Shown: positions 1 through 9,595, numbered from the stretch's first letter. The stretch is 64,000 nucleotides of DNA from Patescibacteria group bacterium (GCA_041671225.1 JBAZBY010000001.1:30338-94337), one strand, 5' to 3'. Numbers and translations: made by a program. The notes: generated from the letters alone by a model not told the origin.

Positions 1-2054
1 CCGACATTTTCAAGCACAGAAGCAAGATCAAGCACAACCAGAACGATATTCTTTGGCAATTTGAATTGCAGATGATAATCTGCGCTTGGGATGCTTACTT
101 TGCCCACTTTTATACCGTTCATGAATATGGGCTGCTGTGTTACCTGTGTATCGCCAAAAGTGACTGCTGCACCCAACGCGCTACCCATCGCCTCTACCAT
201 CCCCTTTGCAACACGAACGGCATTTCCGGCAGAGCCGGATCCCGCTCCGCGGGGCTTCTCAACAACCAACATACCAAGCTTCTCTTTCTCGATGAACCCC
301 TTGTCCGCGCGGCAATATGTCTTGCCGAACTCAAACATACGAAACGCATCAAAGCGCTTTGCGTTCTTCTCTGCAACGGCAAGAAGGCCTGGCGTCATGC
401 AGGTACGCATGAATTCCTGATCCTTGGAAAGCGGATTCGCTATCTGCACCGCCTTCTCTTTGTGGCAAGTGATATAGCTCTCCGGAACATACGCATACCC
501 AACATGCTCATGCGCTCCCAGGCGTACAAGCGTTTCGCGCATCATCCTCACAAGTTGCGTGCTCTTTGGAAGGCCTTGCGGAATCCCCGACGCATTCGGA
601 ATCGTACGGATGATATTGTCATAACCATACAGACGCGCAACCTCCTCATGCACATCCTCTGCAATAAGAATGTCATGCCGCCAGCTTGGCGGTGTGACCT
701 TGATGCTGTCACCGGACCCGCTCACGCCGCAACCAAGAACCTTGAGACTCTTCGCTGCTTCTTGCCGGGTGATGCGAGTGCCAAGATGTGCATTCAAATT
801 CTTAAGGCTTACGTTGACCGCTGCGTGCTTCTCTTTTTGCTCGCCAACAATCACCGGATCGCCAACTGGCTTTGCGTCTGCACATTCCATCAGGAGTTCT
901 GTTGCGCGCGTAAGACCCGTGAGCGTCATATCGCGGTCCACGCCTTTTGCAAAGCGTTGTGAGCTTTCTGAAACAAGCTTCAGCTCATGCGATGTATCAT
1001 AAATCATTTGCTTATCCCAGACCGCTGCTTCAAGCAACACCTCCGTGGTCTGCTGTGTGATTTCACTCTCTTTGCCGCCCATCACTCCCGCAAGAGAAAG
1101 TACGCCGTTCGTATCTGCAACCACATGCATGTCTTTGGTGAGTTTGTGCATCTTCCCATCAAGCGTCATAAGCTTCTCACCCGGCTTTGCATAACGAACT
1201 GTGAATGCATGATTCGCGATCTTTGCCGCATCAAAAGAGTGCAACGGCCGACCAAGTTCCAATAATATATAATTCGTAATATCAACAACATTATTAATAG
1301 GCCGCTCCCCTGCTGCGCGCAAACGCTCCTGCATCCATTGTGGCGATGGCTTGATCTTCACGTTCGTGAGGTACTGCATCATAAAGAGCGGGCAAGCCTT
1401 TTTATCTTCTACCTTTACCTTCACATCGCTTTTGCCGCCCTCAGCCGTAGACCGGCCACGGGCGAGGCTCCACTTCTTTGTTCGCTTCACGACTGGCAGT
1501 GCATGGCCTTCTGCAGCGGCAATCTCGCGCGCAAGGCCGATCACAGAAAGACAATCAGGGCGGTTTGGCATGACATCCACGGTATACACCGTATCCTTCC
1601 CTTTCAAGAACTGCGCTGCGGGCTTCCCCACGATTGCATCCTGCGCAAGTTCAATAATACCGTTGTGATCGCTGCCCAAGCCAAGCTCATCTTCAGCACA
1701 GAGCATTCCTTGGGATACCTCGCCGCGAATTTTTGCCTTTTCAATTGTTGTACCATTGGGCAAAACAGTGCCAACTTGCGCAACCGCGACCTTGAGCCCT
1801 GCTTTGCAATTTGCTGCGCCGCACACAATGGGCTGCGGCTCGCCCGTGCCAATATCAACGGTTGTCACTTTAAGACGGTCCGCATTCGGATGCTTTGCAG
1901 CGGTGATCACTTCACCAACAATCACACTGTCAGGAATGGCCACGCCAGCATGGACTGCATCAACGGGCAAACCAGCGTTGTTAAAAATTTCCACAACACG
2001 CTTTGCTGGCGGCATTTTTACGTAGTCTCCTGCCCAGGAGTGCGAGAGTTCCAT
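1..2054 (-). CDS. pheT: Phenylalanine-tRNA ligase beta subunit (3' end runs off window)
   Basis: Manual translation from ATG at 2054: MELSHSW...KHPNADRLKVTTVDIG...IVCGAAN...IRGEVSQGMLCAEDELGL; directly downstream of pheS. Confidence 0.95.
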   Translation of the reverse strand, partial: MELSHSWAGDYVKMPPAKRVVEIFNNAGLPVDAVHAGVAIPDSVIVGEVITAAKHPNADRLKVTTVDIGTGEPQPIVCGAANCKAGLKVAVAQVGTVLPNGTTIEKAKIRGEVSQGMLCAEDELGLGSDHNGIIELAQDAIVGKPAAQFLKGKDTVYTVDVMPNRPDCLSVIGLAREIAAAEGHALPVVKRTKKWSLARGRSTAEGGKSDVKVKVEDKKACPLFMMQYLTNVKIKPSPQWMQERLRAAGERPINNVVDITNYILLELGRPLHSFDAAKIANHAFTVRYAKPGEKLMTLDGKMHKLTKDMHVVADTNGVLSLAGVMGGKESEITQQTTEVLLEAAVWDKQMIYDTSHELKLVSESSQRFAKGVDRDMTLTGLTRATELLMECADAKPVGDPVIVGEQKEKHAAVNVSLKNLNAHLGTRITRQEAAKSLKVLGCGVSGSGDSIKVTPPSWRHDILIAEDVHEEVARLYGYDNIIRTIPNASGIPQGLPKSTQLVRMMRETLVRLGAHEHVGYAYVPESYITCHKEKAVQIANPLSKDQEFMRTCMTPGLLAVAEKNAKRFDAFRMFEFGKTYCRADKGFIEKEKLGMLVVEKPRGAGSGSAGNAVRVAKGMVEAMGSALGAAVTFGDTQVTQQPIFMNGIKVGKVSIPSADYHLQFKLPKNIVLVVLDLASVLENV
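226..253. repeat. 28-bp imperfect palindrome inserted in-frame in pheT (PRGAGSGSAG)
   Basis: ccggcagagccggatcccgctccgcggg; 25/28 identical to the copy at 7322-7349. Confidence 0.8.
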
Positions 2055-2055
2055 A

Positions 2056-3072
2056 TTAAAATTGCTTCAAAAAACGAAGATCGCCTTGGTAACTTGAACG
2101 GATATCACGAACATCATTGTAATACATCATGAGACGATCAATACCCATGCCAAAAGCAAAACCGGAATATTCCTTTGGATCCACGCCCATGTTCTTCAAG
2201 ACTTTTGGATGCACCATTCCGCAACCGAGCATTTCCATCCAACCCTTGCTGCCCTTCATAAGCACTTCCGCGCCTGGTTCCACAAATGGGAAGAAGCTCG
2301 GCTGTGCGCGCGTTTCAACATCATCGCCAAACAACGCCTTAAAGAAAACATCCAAGGTACCGAGCATATCGCCAAAGCTGATGCCTTTTTCAATCACAAG
2401 ACCTTCATTGTAGAAATAATTCGCCTCATGCGTTGCGTCCGTCGCTTCATGGCGAAACACGCGGCCTGGTGAGATAAAACGAATAGGCGGTTTGCGCTCC
2501 TCCATGACCCGAATCTGCATGGGCGAAATATGCGTACGGAGCAGGGGGGTTTCTGGTCCACTTTTTTTTGCAGCACCTTGTCCGCCGGAGCCCGAAGGGG
2601 CGGGGGCGGAAACATAAAATGTATCCCACACGTCGCGTGAAGGATGCTTTTCTGGAATATTCAGCAGATCAAAGTTGTACTTTGCCTTTTCTATCTCCGG
2701 GCCGTACAGGATCTCATACCCCATCTGCAAAAAAATATCCTCGATGCGCTGCTGCATGGCCATAAGCGGATGCACAGAACCTTTTTCTTGTTTCAGGGCT
2801 GGCAAAGAGAGATCGGCAGCTGCACCACTGCCTTCTGCGAGTACGCGACGCTGTACGCTCAAAAGCTGCTCCAGTTCCTTTTGCAGCTCATTCGCCTGCT
2901 TGCCCATGGTTCGCTTTTCCTCAGCAGAAAGATCCTTCACTTGCTTGAGTACCAGTGTGAGTTCACCTTTGCGGCCAAGATATTTCTTTTCGACGTTAAA
3001 AAGCTGCTGCGCATCTTTTGCGGCGCTGATATCTTTTTGCGCGCGTAGTTTTATATCTTCAAGGGATTTCAT
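2056..3072 (-). CDS. pheS: Phenylalanine-tRNA ligase alpha subunit
   Basis: HPSRDVWDTFY, LLRTHISPMQ, PGRVFR, FPFVEP, GFAFGMGIDR motifs. Confidence 0.97.
   Translation of the reverse strand: MKSLEDIKLRAQKDISAAKDAQQLFNVEKKYLGRKGELTLVLKQVKDLSAEEKRTMGKQANELQKELEQLLSVQRRVLAEGSGAAADLSLPALKQEKGSVHPLMAMQQRIEDIFLQMGYEILYGPEIEKAKYNFDLLNIPEKHPSRDVWDTFYVSAPAPSGSGGQGAAKKSGPETPLLRTHISPMQIRVMEERKPPIRFISPGRVFRHEATDATHEANYFYNEGLVIEKGISFGDMLGTLDVFFKALFGDDVETRAQPSFFPFVEPGAEVLMKGSKGWMEMLGCGMVHPKVLKNMGVDPKEYSGFAFGMGIDRLMMYYNDVRDIRSSYQGDLRFLKQF
2579..2610. repeat. Palindromic element inserted in-frame in pheS (SAPAPSGSGGQ)
   Basis: tgtccgccggagc...gcgggggcgga; resembles the element at 44716-44758; sits between DTFY and LLRTH. 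Confidence 0.6.
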
Positions 3073-3446
3073 TGTGTACTTGCTGCGAGGAAAAAATATT
3101 CAATAGCCCCGGTAAAGAGAAGCAAGAGCGGCACGTGCCACCAGGCGAAGAAGCCGGTGCCGAGCAGCAGGAAGAGTACCACCACCAGCAGGCCAAAGAG
3201 TACGGCTTGCCGCGCTGCCACGCCGATCTGGCGCACCGGAAGTGTTTCCCGGTCGATCAAGCGCCGTATGCCAAAACCCACGAGCGTGAGCGTTGTGACG
3301 CTTGCAAGGAACAATGACGCATAAAACAGAAACAGCGCAATGCTTCCTCCGGTATCCGGGTTCATGCGGAAGAGCACAAGTACCAAGCCGACCCATGCAA
3401 GCAGCCCGGCGATTGCGATTACGGTAAGATACTGCGAAAGGGTCAT
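3069..3446 (-). CDS. Hypothetical four-TM membrane protein
   Basis: 125 aa, four hydrophobic segments, overlaps pheS start by 4 nt. Confidence 0.75.
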   Translation of the reverse strand: MTLSQYLTVIAIAGLLAWVGLVLVLFRMNPDTGGSIALFLFYASLFLASVTTLTLVGFGIRRLIDRETLPVRQIGVAARQAVLFGLLVVVLFLLLGTGFFAWWHVPLLLLFTGAIEYFFLAASTQ

Positions 3447-3511
3447 AAGGTGTGCTTACGGTACCACTTTTGCTGGTGATTTTCAAGCGAATATTTTTTC
3501 GTCACAAAGCG

Positions 3512-3547
3512 AAAACGGGCGATATCCTCCTGGATATGTCGCCCGTT
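3512..3547 (-). terminator. Intrinsic terminator downstream of the 3578-4189 gene
   Basis: aacgggcgatatc...gatatgtcgcccgtt stem followed by T-run on the minus strand. Confidence 0.6.
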
Positions 3548-3577
3548 CTACCCCACGATGTGGGGGAAAAAGATCGG

Positions 3578-4189
3578 TCAGCCAACACCCGGGATGGGGG
3601 TGTCGCCGAGGTAGAGATACCCCGGCGGGATGACTAGGTATTGGCGCTCGCTGCGAGACAGCTGCGTCGGGATGCGGATGCGCATACCCTGATGCAGGAG
3701 CCCCACAACGGAAGCCACGGAAGGAAAGTGCGCATTGCTTGCCCAATTCATGACGTTCCACTGCTGGGAGCTCATCGCACATGTTGTTGGAATCTCCGCA
3801 TCGTCAGCGACCACGACGCGGACGGTGTCTCCCTCGGTGCTGTAGACCACCATCAGGAGTTTACCCTTTGGGATCACGGTGATTGCCGAGGCGACTTTTC
3901 CGTCATCAGCTCCGGCGATCGCCCCAATGGCAGCACCGGGCCATCCGAAGAAGAGCCCACCAATGATGGCGCCACCGGCGGCACCATCTGACCCACCGCC
4001 GCCTTGAGACTGGGCTGTGAACAAGGTGTCGGCGCCAGGCATGTAGGCAAAGCCCAGCAAGGTGGCGTCGATGGTGTTCTCCGCCATCAAAACACTTCCT
4101 TGCTCCCTTCCCTCCCCAACCGAGAGAATCACCACCACAAACGCCGCGAGGAGTACAAAGATCACCAGAGAAGCAACCAAACGACTCAT
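3578..4189 (-). CDS. Hypothetical membrane-anchored protein with glycine-zipper segment
   Basis: N-terminal hydrophobic helix; GAAGGAIIGGLFFGWPGAAIGAIAGA; SD GGAGG upstream; own promoter. Confidence 0.65.
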   Translation of the reverse strand: MSRLVASLVIFVLLAAFVVVILSVGEGREQGSVLMAENTIDATLLGFAYMPGADTLFTAQSQGGGGSDGAAGGAIIGGLFFGWPGAAIGAIAGADDGKVASAITVIPKGKLLMVVYSTEGDTVRVVVADDAEIPTTCAMSSQQWNVMNWASNAHFPSVASVVGLLHQGMRIRIPTQLSRSERQYLVIPPGYLYLGDTPIPGVG

Positions 4190-4242
4190 GACAAAACCCT
4201 CCTGTGTATGAGACGCGTCAGCTCTCGCATCGGGACTATCCC

Positions 4243-4291
4243 GTTGTAAAGAGCGACAGCATACCCTACGCCAAAACTACCCTTTTGTCAA
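4243..4291 (-). promoter_or_regulatory. Sigma70-type promoter plus boxA-like motif
   Basis: TTGACA-17 nt-TAGGGT, then GCTCTTTACAAC. Confidence 0.65.
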
Positions 4292-4316
4292 GGATACGCT
4301 GACCGCACTGCGTTAT

Positions 4317-4946
4317 TTACTCCGACTTTTTTCCCCAAATACTGATCCAATCAACTCCCTTGCGTCCAAGCTCATCTTCATACCGTTCTGAACGCTCAAT
4401 CGTAAATCCTGCCTCCTGTAATTCTGCCTCAAGTTCTTCCTGTGTTATATAAGAAAAGAACCGATTCTCACCGCTTGAGAGCGCATCGCTCTTTGTGTCG
4501 CTTCCTTGTCCCTCTTTCATGCGGACATGAAGCAAGCCTCCGGCGAGCATGACGCGAAAACATTCTCTCAAAACCTTCTTTCGATCGTCTTTCTCAAGAT
4601 GGAGCAATACTGCATTCGCCCATATGGCATTGAAGCTTGCATCCGCAAAAGAAAGCTTCCGCGCATCCATAGTGAGAAAGTCTCCCTTTGGAACGCGCTT
4701 TCTTGCCTCATCAATAAATTCTTCAACGAGATCAATGCCGGTTACACGATGTCCATGGGCAATAAAATAAGCGCTGTCACGTCCACCCGCGCAACCTATA
4801 TCAAGAATGTGTGAACCTGGTGCAAGTCGCTTTTCAAATTCCTCCCGTTCCTCGACGATAATATCTGCTATATCTTCAATATATTTCGCGCCAATGCGCC
4901 TATAGACGTTGAGTGTTTCTTGAAACTTTTTTTCGCTGTCGTCCAT
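4317..4946 (-). CDS. Class I SAM-dependent methyltransferase
   Basis: ILDIGCAGGRD motif I, GIDL, FNAIWANAVLLH. Confidence 0.9.
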   Translation of the reverse strand: MDDSEKKFQETLNVYRRIGAKYIEDIADIIVEEREEFEKRLAPGSHILDIGCAGGRDSAYFIAHGHRVTGIDLVEEFIDEARKRVPKGDFLTMDARKLSFADASFNAIWANAVLLHLEKDDRKKVLRECFRVMLAGGLLHVRMKEGQGSDTKSDALSSGENRFFSYITQEELEAELQEAGFTIERSERYEDELGRKGVDWISIWGKKSE

Positions 4947-4947
4947 A

Positions 4948-7900
4948 TTATGCGTTCACATCCGCAAAATCGCAGATGTCTTTATATTCGCAGAACCTGC
5001 ACATGCGGCCGGGCGTTGGCGTGAAGTCGCCGGATTCAATGTGTGCCGCAGTTTCCCCCACCCACTCCGTCACGTCTTCATAATCCTCCGGCTGCGGTTC
5101 CAAAGAAAGCATGGAACCGTCTTCCAAATAATAATAAGTGACCTTTGCCACATCTGCATCCAACACGTGCGGATCGCGCGCAGCCGCGGCATAGAGCATC
5201 AATTGCCGCTTGTCTTCTTTCTCAAGCTTGTCTTTTGATTTTCCGGTTTTGTAATCAATGATATGCACCTTCTCCCCTTCCTTGTCGATACGGTCCATGC
5301 TGCCGCCAACGATTCGCTCCGCGATCTTCACGGTGAACCGCTGCTCCAATGCGAGGTGCCCCACCGGCATCTTTGCATACTGCTCATAAAAATCCTTCAG
5401 CGCATGCTTTCCTTTTTGAAAGTATTCCATGCGCTGCTTTTTGCTCACATACCAATCGTCAATGAAATTTTTTTCGTACATCGCAATCAGTTCATCAAAG
5501 CTCACTGGCAGACCCTCTTGCTGCTTTTCTTCCTGCGTGCCAAAGAGATCACCCTGCTGCGCACTGCGCCGCTCCTGCACCTGCGTGAGAAACTGATACA
5601 GCGTGTGGTGCACAGAATTCCCAAACGAAAAATGATGGCTTCCGCGCGCCGGCACCTTGAGCACGAACGCAAACTTGTACTTCAAGGGGCAGTCATCATA
5701 CTTTGCGAGCGATGAGAAGCTGTGCTTTTTGACCGCAGTGGTAAGCGGCTGCCCGGCATAGCCGGGTTCGGCTTTGCCGGAAGGCACCACATCAATTTTC
5801 TTTGCCGGTTTCTTCTGCGTTTTCTTCTTTGCAACAGCTTCCTCCTTCTCCACAAGCCCAAGCTCATGCAAGAATTGCGATGGCCGCTTCATGCGGCTTC
5901 CGCCGTAATCCTTTGCTGATGTGAAGAACACTCCCTCCTGTGCGCGCGTGATACCAACATAGAACAACCGCCGTTCTTCTTCTGTGTGAATGTCCCCTTT
6001 TGGCACGGTCTCCCGCACCAGCGCATCCGGCACAGCAATGGCGTCGCGCCGTTCCATGGTCGGGAAACGCTGCTCAACGAGGTTTACTAAAAAGACGAAC
6101 GGGAACTCCAACCCCTTTGCGGTGTGCACGGTCATCACGCGCACGGCATCCGGACCGGTCTCCAGGTCCACGGCCATCTTGCCGCTCTCGCCGGCGTTCT
6201 TCTCCAGCTCGATCTGCCGCATGAAGCTCCTCACGGACGTGTCTTCGCTGCCGCGCTCAAAATCCTGAATGACACGGAAGAACTGGTTGATGGCGTCTAT
6301 TTTTGCCTGCGTCGCCTGATCTTTAACTCGGCCGCCCTGCGTCAGCACGTTCATATACCCGGAGTCCTCAAGAAACCCGATGGCCACCTCATGCGCGCTG
6401 CCGCGGCGGGCAAGAGCCGTATGTTTCTCCACCAAACTCACGAACCGCGCAAGCGCTGTCTTTGCTGTTTCTGAAACGTTGTAGACTCCCGCAAGCCGGG
6501 CGGTCTCATAGAGCGACTGGCTCTTGCGCTTGGCGACTTCGTTCAAGGTGATGAGGTCGCTGTCCGGAATGGCGAATGCCCGGGATGTGAGCACGCGCCA
6601 CACGGCCGTGCTCTCATGATAATTGTCCACCAGCTTCAGATAATTCAAGATGTCCAAGACCTCCGGCTTGCGGTACAAACCGCGGCTCGTGACGGATTGG
6701 TACGGCACGCCTGCGCGTTCCAGCGCCAGAATGAACGCCTGCGCATGGTCATTGGCGCGCACAAGGATCGCAAAATCCGACCAGACGCGCCCGGTCTTTT
6801 TTTCCTTCAGCTCGATGATCTTCTTCACCACCGCACTCGCCTCTCCTGCCTCTGTTTTTTCTTCAATGTGTTCAATAATGCCAACGCCCTTTTTAGCGGC
6901 CTGCAGTTTTTTGGAAACACTGCTTTCTGCACTTCCATTTGTCAGTTGTACTTCTAGACGATTTGGATTATTGAGCTGAATGAATCGGTATGCCAGATCC
7001 AAAATGTTCTGCTTGGAACGGTAATTTTCCGTGAGCACCACCTGCTCCGCATTCGGGTAATCTTTCTTGAACGCAAGAATGTTGGAAATGCTTGCTCCAC
7101 GGAACTTATAGATTGACTGGTCATCATCGCCAACAACGGTAAGGTTATTTTTTGGCGCGGAGAGCATCTTCACCATTTCATATTGCGCCCAGTTGGTATC
7201 CTGAAACTCATCCACCAAGATGAATTTGAACTGCTCCCGATATTTTTTAAGCAAGTTCGGGCGCTGCGTGAAAAGGTCCAGCGTAGCGGTGATGAGGCTC
7301 CCAAAGTCCAACGCGCCCTCCCCGGCAGAGCCGGGTCCGGCTCCGCCGGATTTTGCCAAGAGTTGTTCATAGACATGATAGGCATTCGCCACTTCTTCAA
7401 TGCGCTTGGCCTCAATCAGCTCCGGGTCGTTCTCCGCTTCCCGCTTGGTGAATTCCTGCTGGTCGCGGTTCAGGCGCAGGCTTTCCGCATATGCCAGGTA
7501 CTCTGCCGGCGTGATGTGTTCATCTTTGAGGCGCGAAAAATGCGTGATCAATGCATGGATGAACTTGGTGGGATTGCCGAGCGGACGGTAATAATCCAGA
7601 TCAAAATCATCAAGATGCTCGTGGATGAACATCCATTGTTCGGTTTGCGTGAGGAGGCGGAACTCCGTTGGTAGGCCGATGTCTATGCCATGCGTCTGCA
7701 AAATGCGCTCGCCAAAACTGTGGAATGTTGAGATCCACATGTCCAAGTATCCATACGGCAGAAGCTGGTCCACGCGCTCCTGCATTTCGCCAGCTGCTTT
7801 GTCCGTGAACGTGAGCGCCAGAATTTCATGCGGCTCGGCCAGGCCTTCTTTGATAAGCCAGCCGATGCGCTCCGTGATGACGGTGGTCTTACCCGTGCCG

Positions 7901-7983
7901 GCTCCGGCCACGATCAAAAGCGGCCCTTCGCGGTGCTGGACTGCTTGTTTTTGAGCTGAGTTGAGGACGTCAGTGAAGGGCAT
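4948..7983 (-). CDS. UvrD/PcrA-family SF1 helicase fused to C-terminal PD-(D/E)XK nuclease with putative 4Fe-4S site
   Basis: AGAGTGKT, VDEFQD, VGDDDQSIY, NYRS, MTVHTAKGLEF, EERRLFYVGITRA; C-terminal YDDCP...DRID...IIDYKTG...CRFCEYKDIC. Confidence 0.93.
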   Translation of the reverse strand: MPFTDVLNSAQKQAVQHREGPLLIVAGAGTGKTTVITERIGWLIKEGLAEPHEILALTFTDKAAGEMQERVDQLLPYGYLDMWISTFHSFGERILQTHGIDIGLPTEFRLLTQTEQWMFIHEHLDDFDLDYYRPLGNPTKFIHALITHFSRLKDEHITPAEYLAYAESLRLNRDQQEFTKREAENDPELIEAKRIEEVANAYHVYEQLLAKSGGAGPGSAGEGALDFGSLITATLDLFTQRPNLLKKYREQFKFILVDEFQDTNWAQYEMVKMLSAPKNNLTVVGDDDQSIYKFRGASISNILAFKKDYPNAEQVVLTENYRSKQNILDLAYRFIQLNNPNRLEVQLTNGSAESSVSKKLQAAKKGVGIIEHIEEKTEAGEASAVVKKIIELKEKKTGRVWSDFAILVRANDHAQAFILALERAGVPYQSVTSRGLYRKPEVLDILNYLKLVDNYHESTAVWRVLTSRAFAIPDSDLITLNEVAKRKSQSLYETARLAGVYNVSETAKTALARFVSLVEKHTALARRGSAHEVAIGFLEDSGYMNVLTQGGRVKDQATQAKIDAINQFFRVIQDFERGSEDTSVRSFMRQIELEKNAGESGKMAVDLETGPDAVRVMTVHTAKGLEFPFVFLVNLVEQRFPTMERRDAIAVPDALVRETVPKGDIHTEEERRLFYVGITRAQEGVFFTSAKDYGGSRMKRPSQFLHELGLVEKEEAVAKKKTQKKPAKKIDVVPSGKAEPGYAGQPLTTAVKKHSFSSLAKYDDCPLKYKFAFVLKVPARGSHHFSFGNSVHHTLYQFLTQVQERRSAQQGDLFGTQEEKQQEGLPVSFDELIAMYEKNFIDDWYVSKKQRMEYFQKGKHALKDFYEQYAKMPVGHLALEQRFTVKIAERIVGGSMDRIDKEGEKVHIIDYKTGKSKDKLEKEDKRQLMLYAAAARDPHVLDADVAKVTYYYLEDGSMLSLEPQPEDYEDVTEWVGETAAHIESGDFTPTPGRMCRFCEYKDICDFADVNA
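5753..5780. repeat. 28-bp palindrome copy in helicase-nuclease linker (SGKAEPGYAG)
   Basis: ccggcatagccgggttcggctttgccgg; 24/28 identical to 7322-7349. Confidence 0.75.
7322..7349. repeat. 28-bp palindrome copy in helicase domain (SGGAGPGSAG)
   Basis: ccggcagagccgg-gt-ccggctccgccgg, 13-bp arms with one mismatch; inserted just before the conserved LDF motif. Confidence 0.8.
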
Positions 7984-8009
7984 GAGGACTTCAGTATACC
8001 ACGCCTTAC

Positions 8010-8555
8010 CTACCCAAAGCGCTCTTTGAGTACTTCTAAAAGCTTATCAAATTCCTGTCCATGAGGCGGCAGTGAATCTCTATTATTCTGAAGCAGATCA
8101 ACGAATGCTGTATAAGGAATAAATCTAATCGCCGAAATCTCCTCCTCAGGAAAAGTAATATCATGCCTCGTGATATCTCGTTGAAAAAGATACACATCAC
8201 TCACACTTACCTCTCGCCAGCCGTTATTCCCTATTGGAATATCTTCATGGTAAGTCAATAGATGCTCAAGATCTTTTGGCCCAATACGCAGGCCGAGTTC
8301 CTCCTGCACTTCACGCATCGCCGCCGTCTGAGTATTCTCCCCTGCATCAATATGTCCGGCACAAGAAATATCCCAATACCCAGGATATGAATAACATGAT
8401 GCACTCCGCTTTTGCATAAGAACTTCACCTTTTGGGGTCACGGCCCACACATGCACATTCCGATGCAAAAGCCCCTTGCGGTGTACCGTATCCTTGTCCG
8501 CGGTTTTTCCCGTTGGATTCCCTTGCTCATCAATGATATCAACCTTATTCTCCAT
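8010..8555 (-). CDS. Nudix hydrolase (IDI type 1-like subfamily)
   Basis: VHRKGLLHRNVHVW, YPGYWDISCAGH, intact Nudix box GHIDAGE...REVQEELGL. Confidence 0.88.
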   Translation of the reverse strand: MENKVDIIDEQGNPTGKTADKDTVHRKGLLHRNVHVWAVTPKGEVLMQKRSASCYSYPGYWDISCAGHIDAGENTQTAAMREVQEELGLRIGPKDLEHLLTYHEDIPIGNNGWREVSVSDVYLFQRDITRHDITFPEEEISAIRFIPYTAFVDLLQNNRDSLPPHGQEFDKLLEVLKERFG

Positions 8556-8707
8556 AAAATCATCTCTGCCATTGCACTCAGTATAGCATCCGCCTTCGTT
8601 AGAATCTACGGCAGATTATTTTTTATATGTCATGCCCGCCCCGGGTATTGGGCGTCAAGAAAAATCCGAGATTACCAGCCAAGGGACTTTCCGGCATCAA
8701 TATTCTC

Positions 8708-8754
8708 TTGACAAAATGACACATGTGGGGTAACGTCGTTCGTTGCTCTTTTAA
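8708..8754 (+). promoter_or_regulatory. Sigma70-type promoter plus boxA-like motif
   Basis: TTGACA-17 nt-TAACGT, then TGCTCTTTTAA. Confidence 0.65.
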
Positions 8755-8841
8755 TGCCAAAGTGGCGAGAGAAGGGCAACGCGGCACTCCAAAGAAAGGA
8801 CGGCGATGGCACTGGAAGTTGTTTTGAGGGAGGGAACCTAC

Positions 8842-9534
8842 ATGGTAAATGTAGAGTTCCGCCTTCGCACACGATTGCATGGTCGATGGGACCGGAGGCA
8901 AGTCAGAGCCTATACTCTATCGGAGAAGCTGGACTTCCCCTGCATACTGAGGGGCGATCTGGTGATCCACCCCCGCGGCTCGCTGCGGTCCCTGCGCCAC
9001 CGCGGACAGGAAAAGCTCCTCCCGCTTCTGCAGGAACTCGTGAAACGGCTGGATGTGCAGCTCGCCACGTTGCCGGAGCAGAAGGATCCCCGCTGGTGGG
9101 AAATCTTCTACCTCTGTGTGCGCTTCCCTGAGGAACTGCCGATGATGAGCGAACCGTGGGTGGTGCACTACCCCAAGGACGGTGTGATGGATCTTACCAT
9201 CGCATCATTCGGGCCCCTGGTTCCGCAGTTTGCGCCGCACCTTTCGGCGATGGCGCAGACCATGGAGGCGTGCATCCTCGCAAGAGGGTACGCATCTGTG
9301 GCGGATGCGCGCGATACGATCATCCGGGCGATAGACGCCGCTCCGCATGGGCGTCCACAGAAAGCGCTTCGGATGTTCTTTGGCATCGAGCCAGAGGGCA
9401 GAAACAGCACTCGCTGGATCGGCGACGTCATCGGTGTGCGCGAGGCGACGATTCGCATCTATATTCACGACGCGCTCCGTCCGCTGAACCTCACCCTGAA
9501 CGAGGCCAAGTACGCGCTCGGCCTCGTCGTGTGA
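8842..9534 (+). CDS. Hypothetical protein with C-terminal sigma70 region 4-like HTH
   Basis: SD GAGGGAGG before ATG 8842; C-terminus RPQKALRMFFGI...TRWIGDVIGVREATIRIYIHDALRPL matches the region 4 pattern. Confidence 0.65.
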   Translation: MVNVEFRLRTRLHGRWDRRQVRAYTLSEKLDFPCILRGDLVIHPRGSLRSLRHRGQEKLLPLLQELVKRLDVQLATLPEQKDPRWWEIFYLCVRFPEELPMMSEPWVVHYPKDGVMDLTIASFGPLVPQFAPHLSAMAQTMEACILARGYASVADARDTIIRAIDAAPHGRPQKALRMFFGIEPEGRNSTRWIGDVIGVREATIRIYIHDALRPLNLTLNEAKYALGLVV

Positions 9535-9595
9535 CCACATGTGCACACCCCATTGTCCTCACGGACCGCCACGAAGCGCGCGAAGCCGCTTCCGC

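Noticed and set aside
66-2132. Long plus-strand ORFs (298 aa, 264 aa) and similar antisense ORFs elsewhere
   Set aside because: Antisense shadows of pheT and other real minus-strand genes.
3455-3470. T-box-like AGTGGTACCGT upstream of the pheST operon
   Set aside because: It coincides with the -10 of a TTGAAA-17-TACCGT promoter 11 nt before the ATG, leaving no room for stem I.
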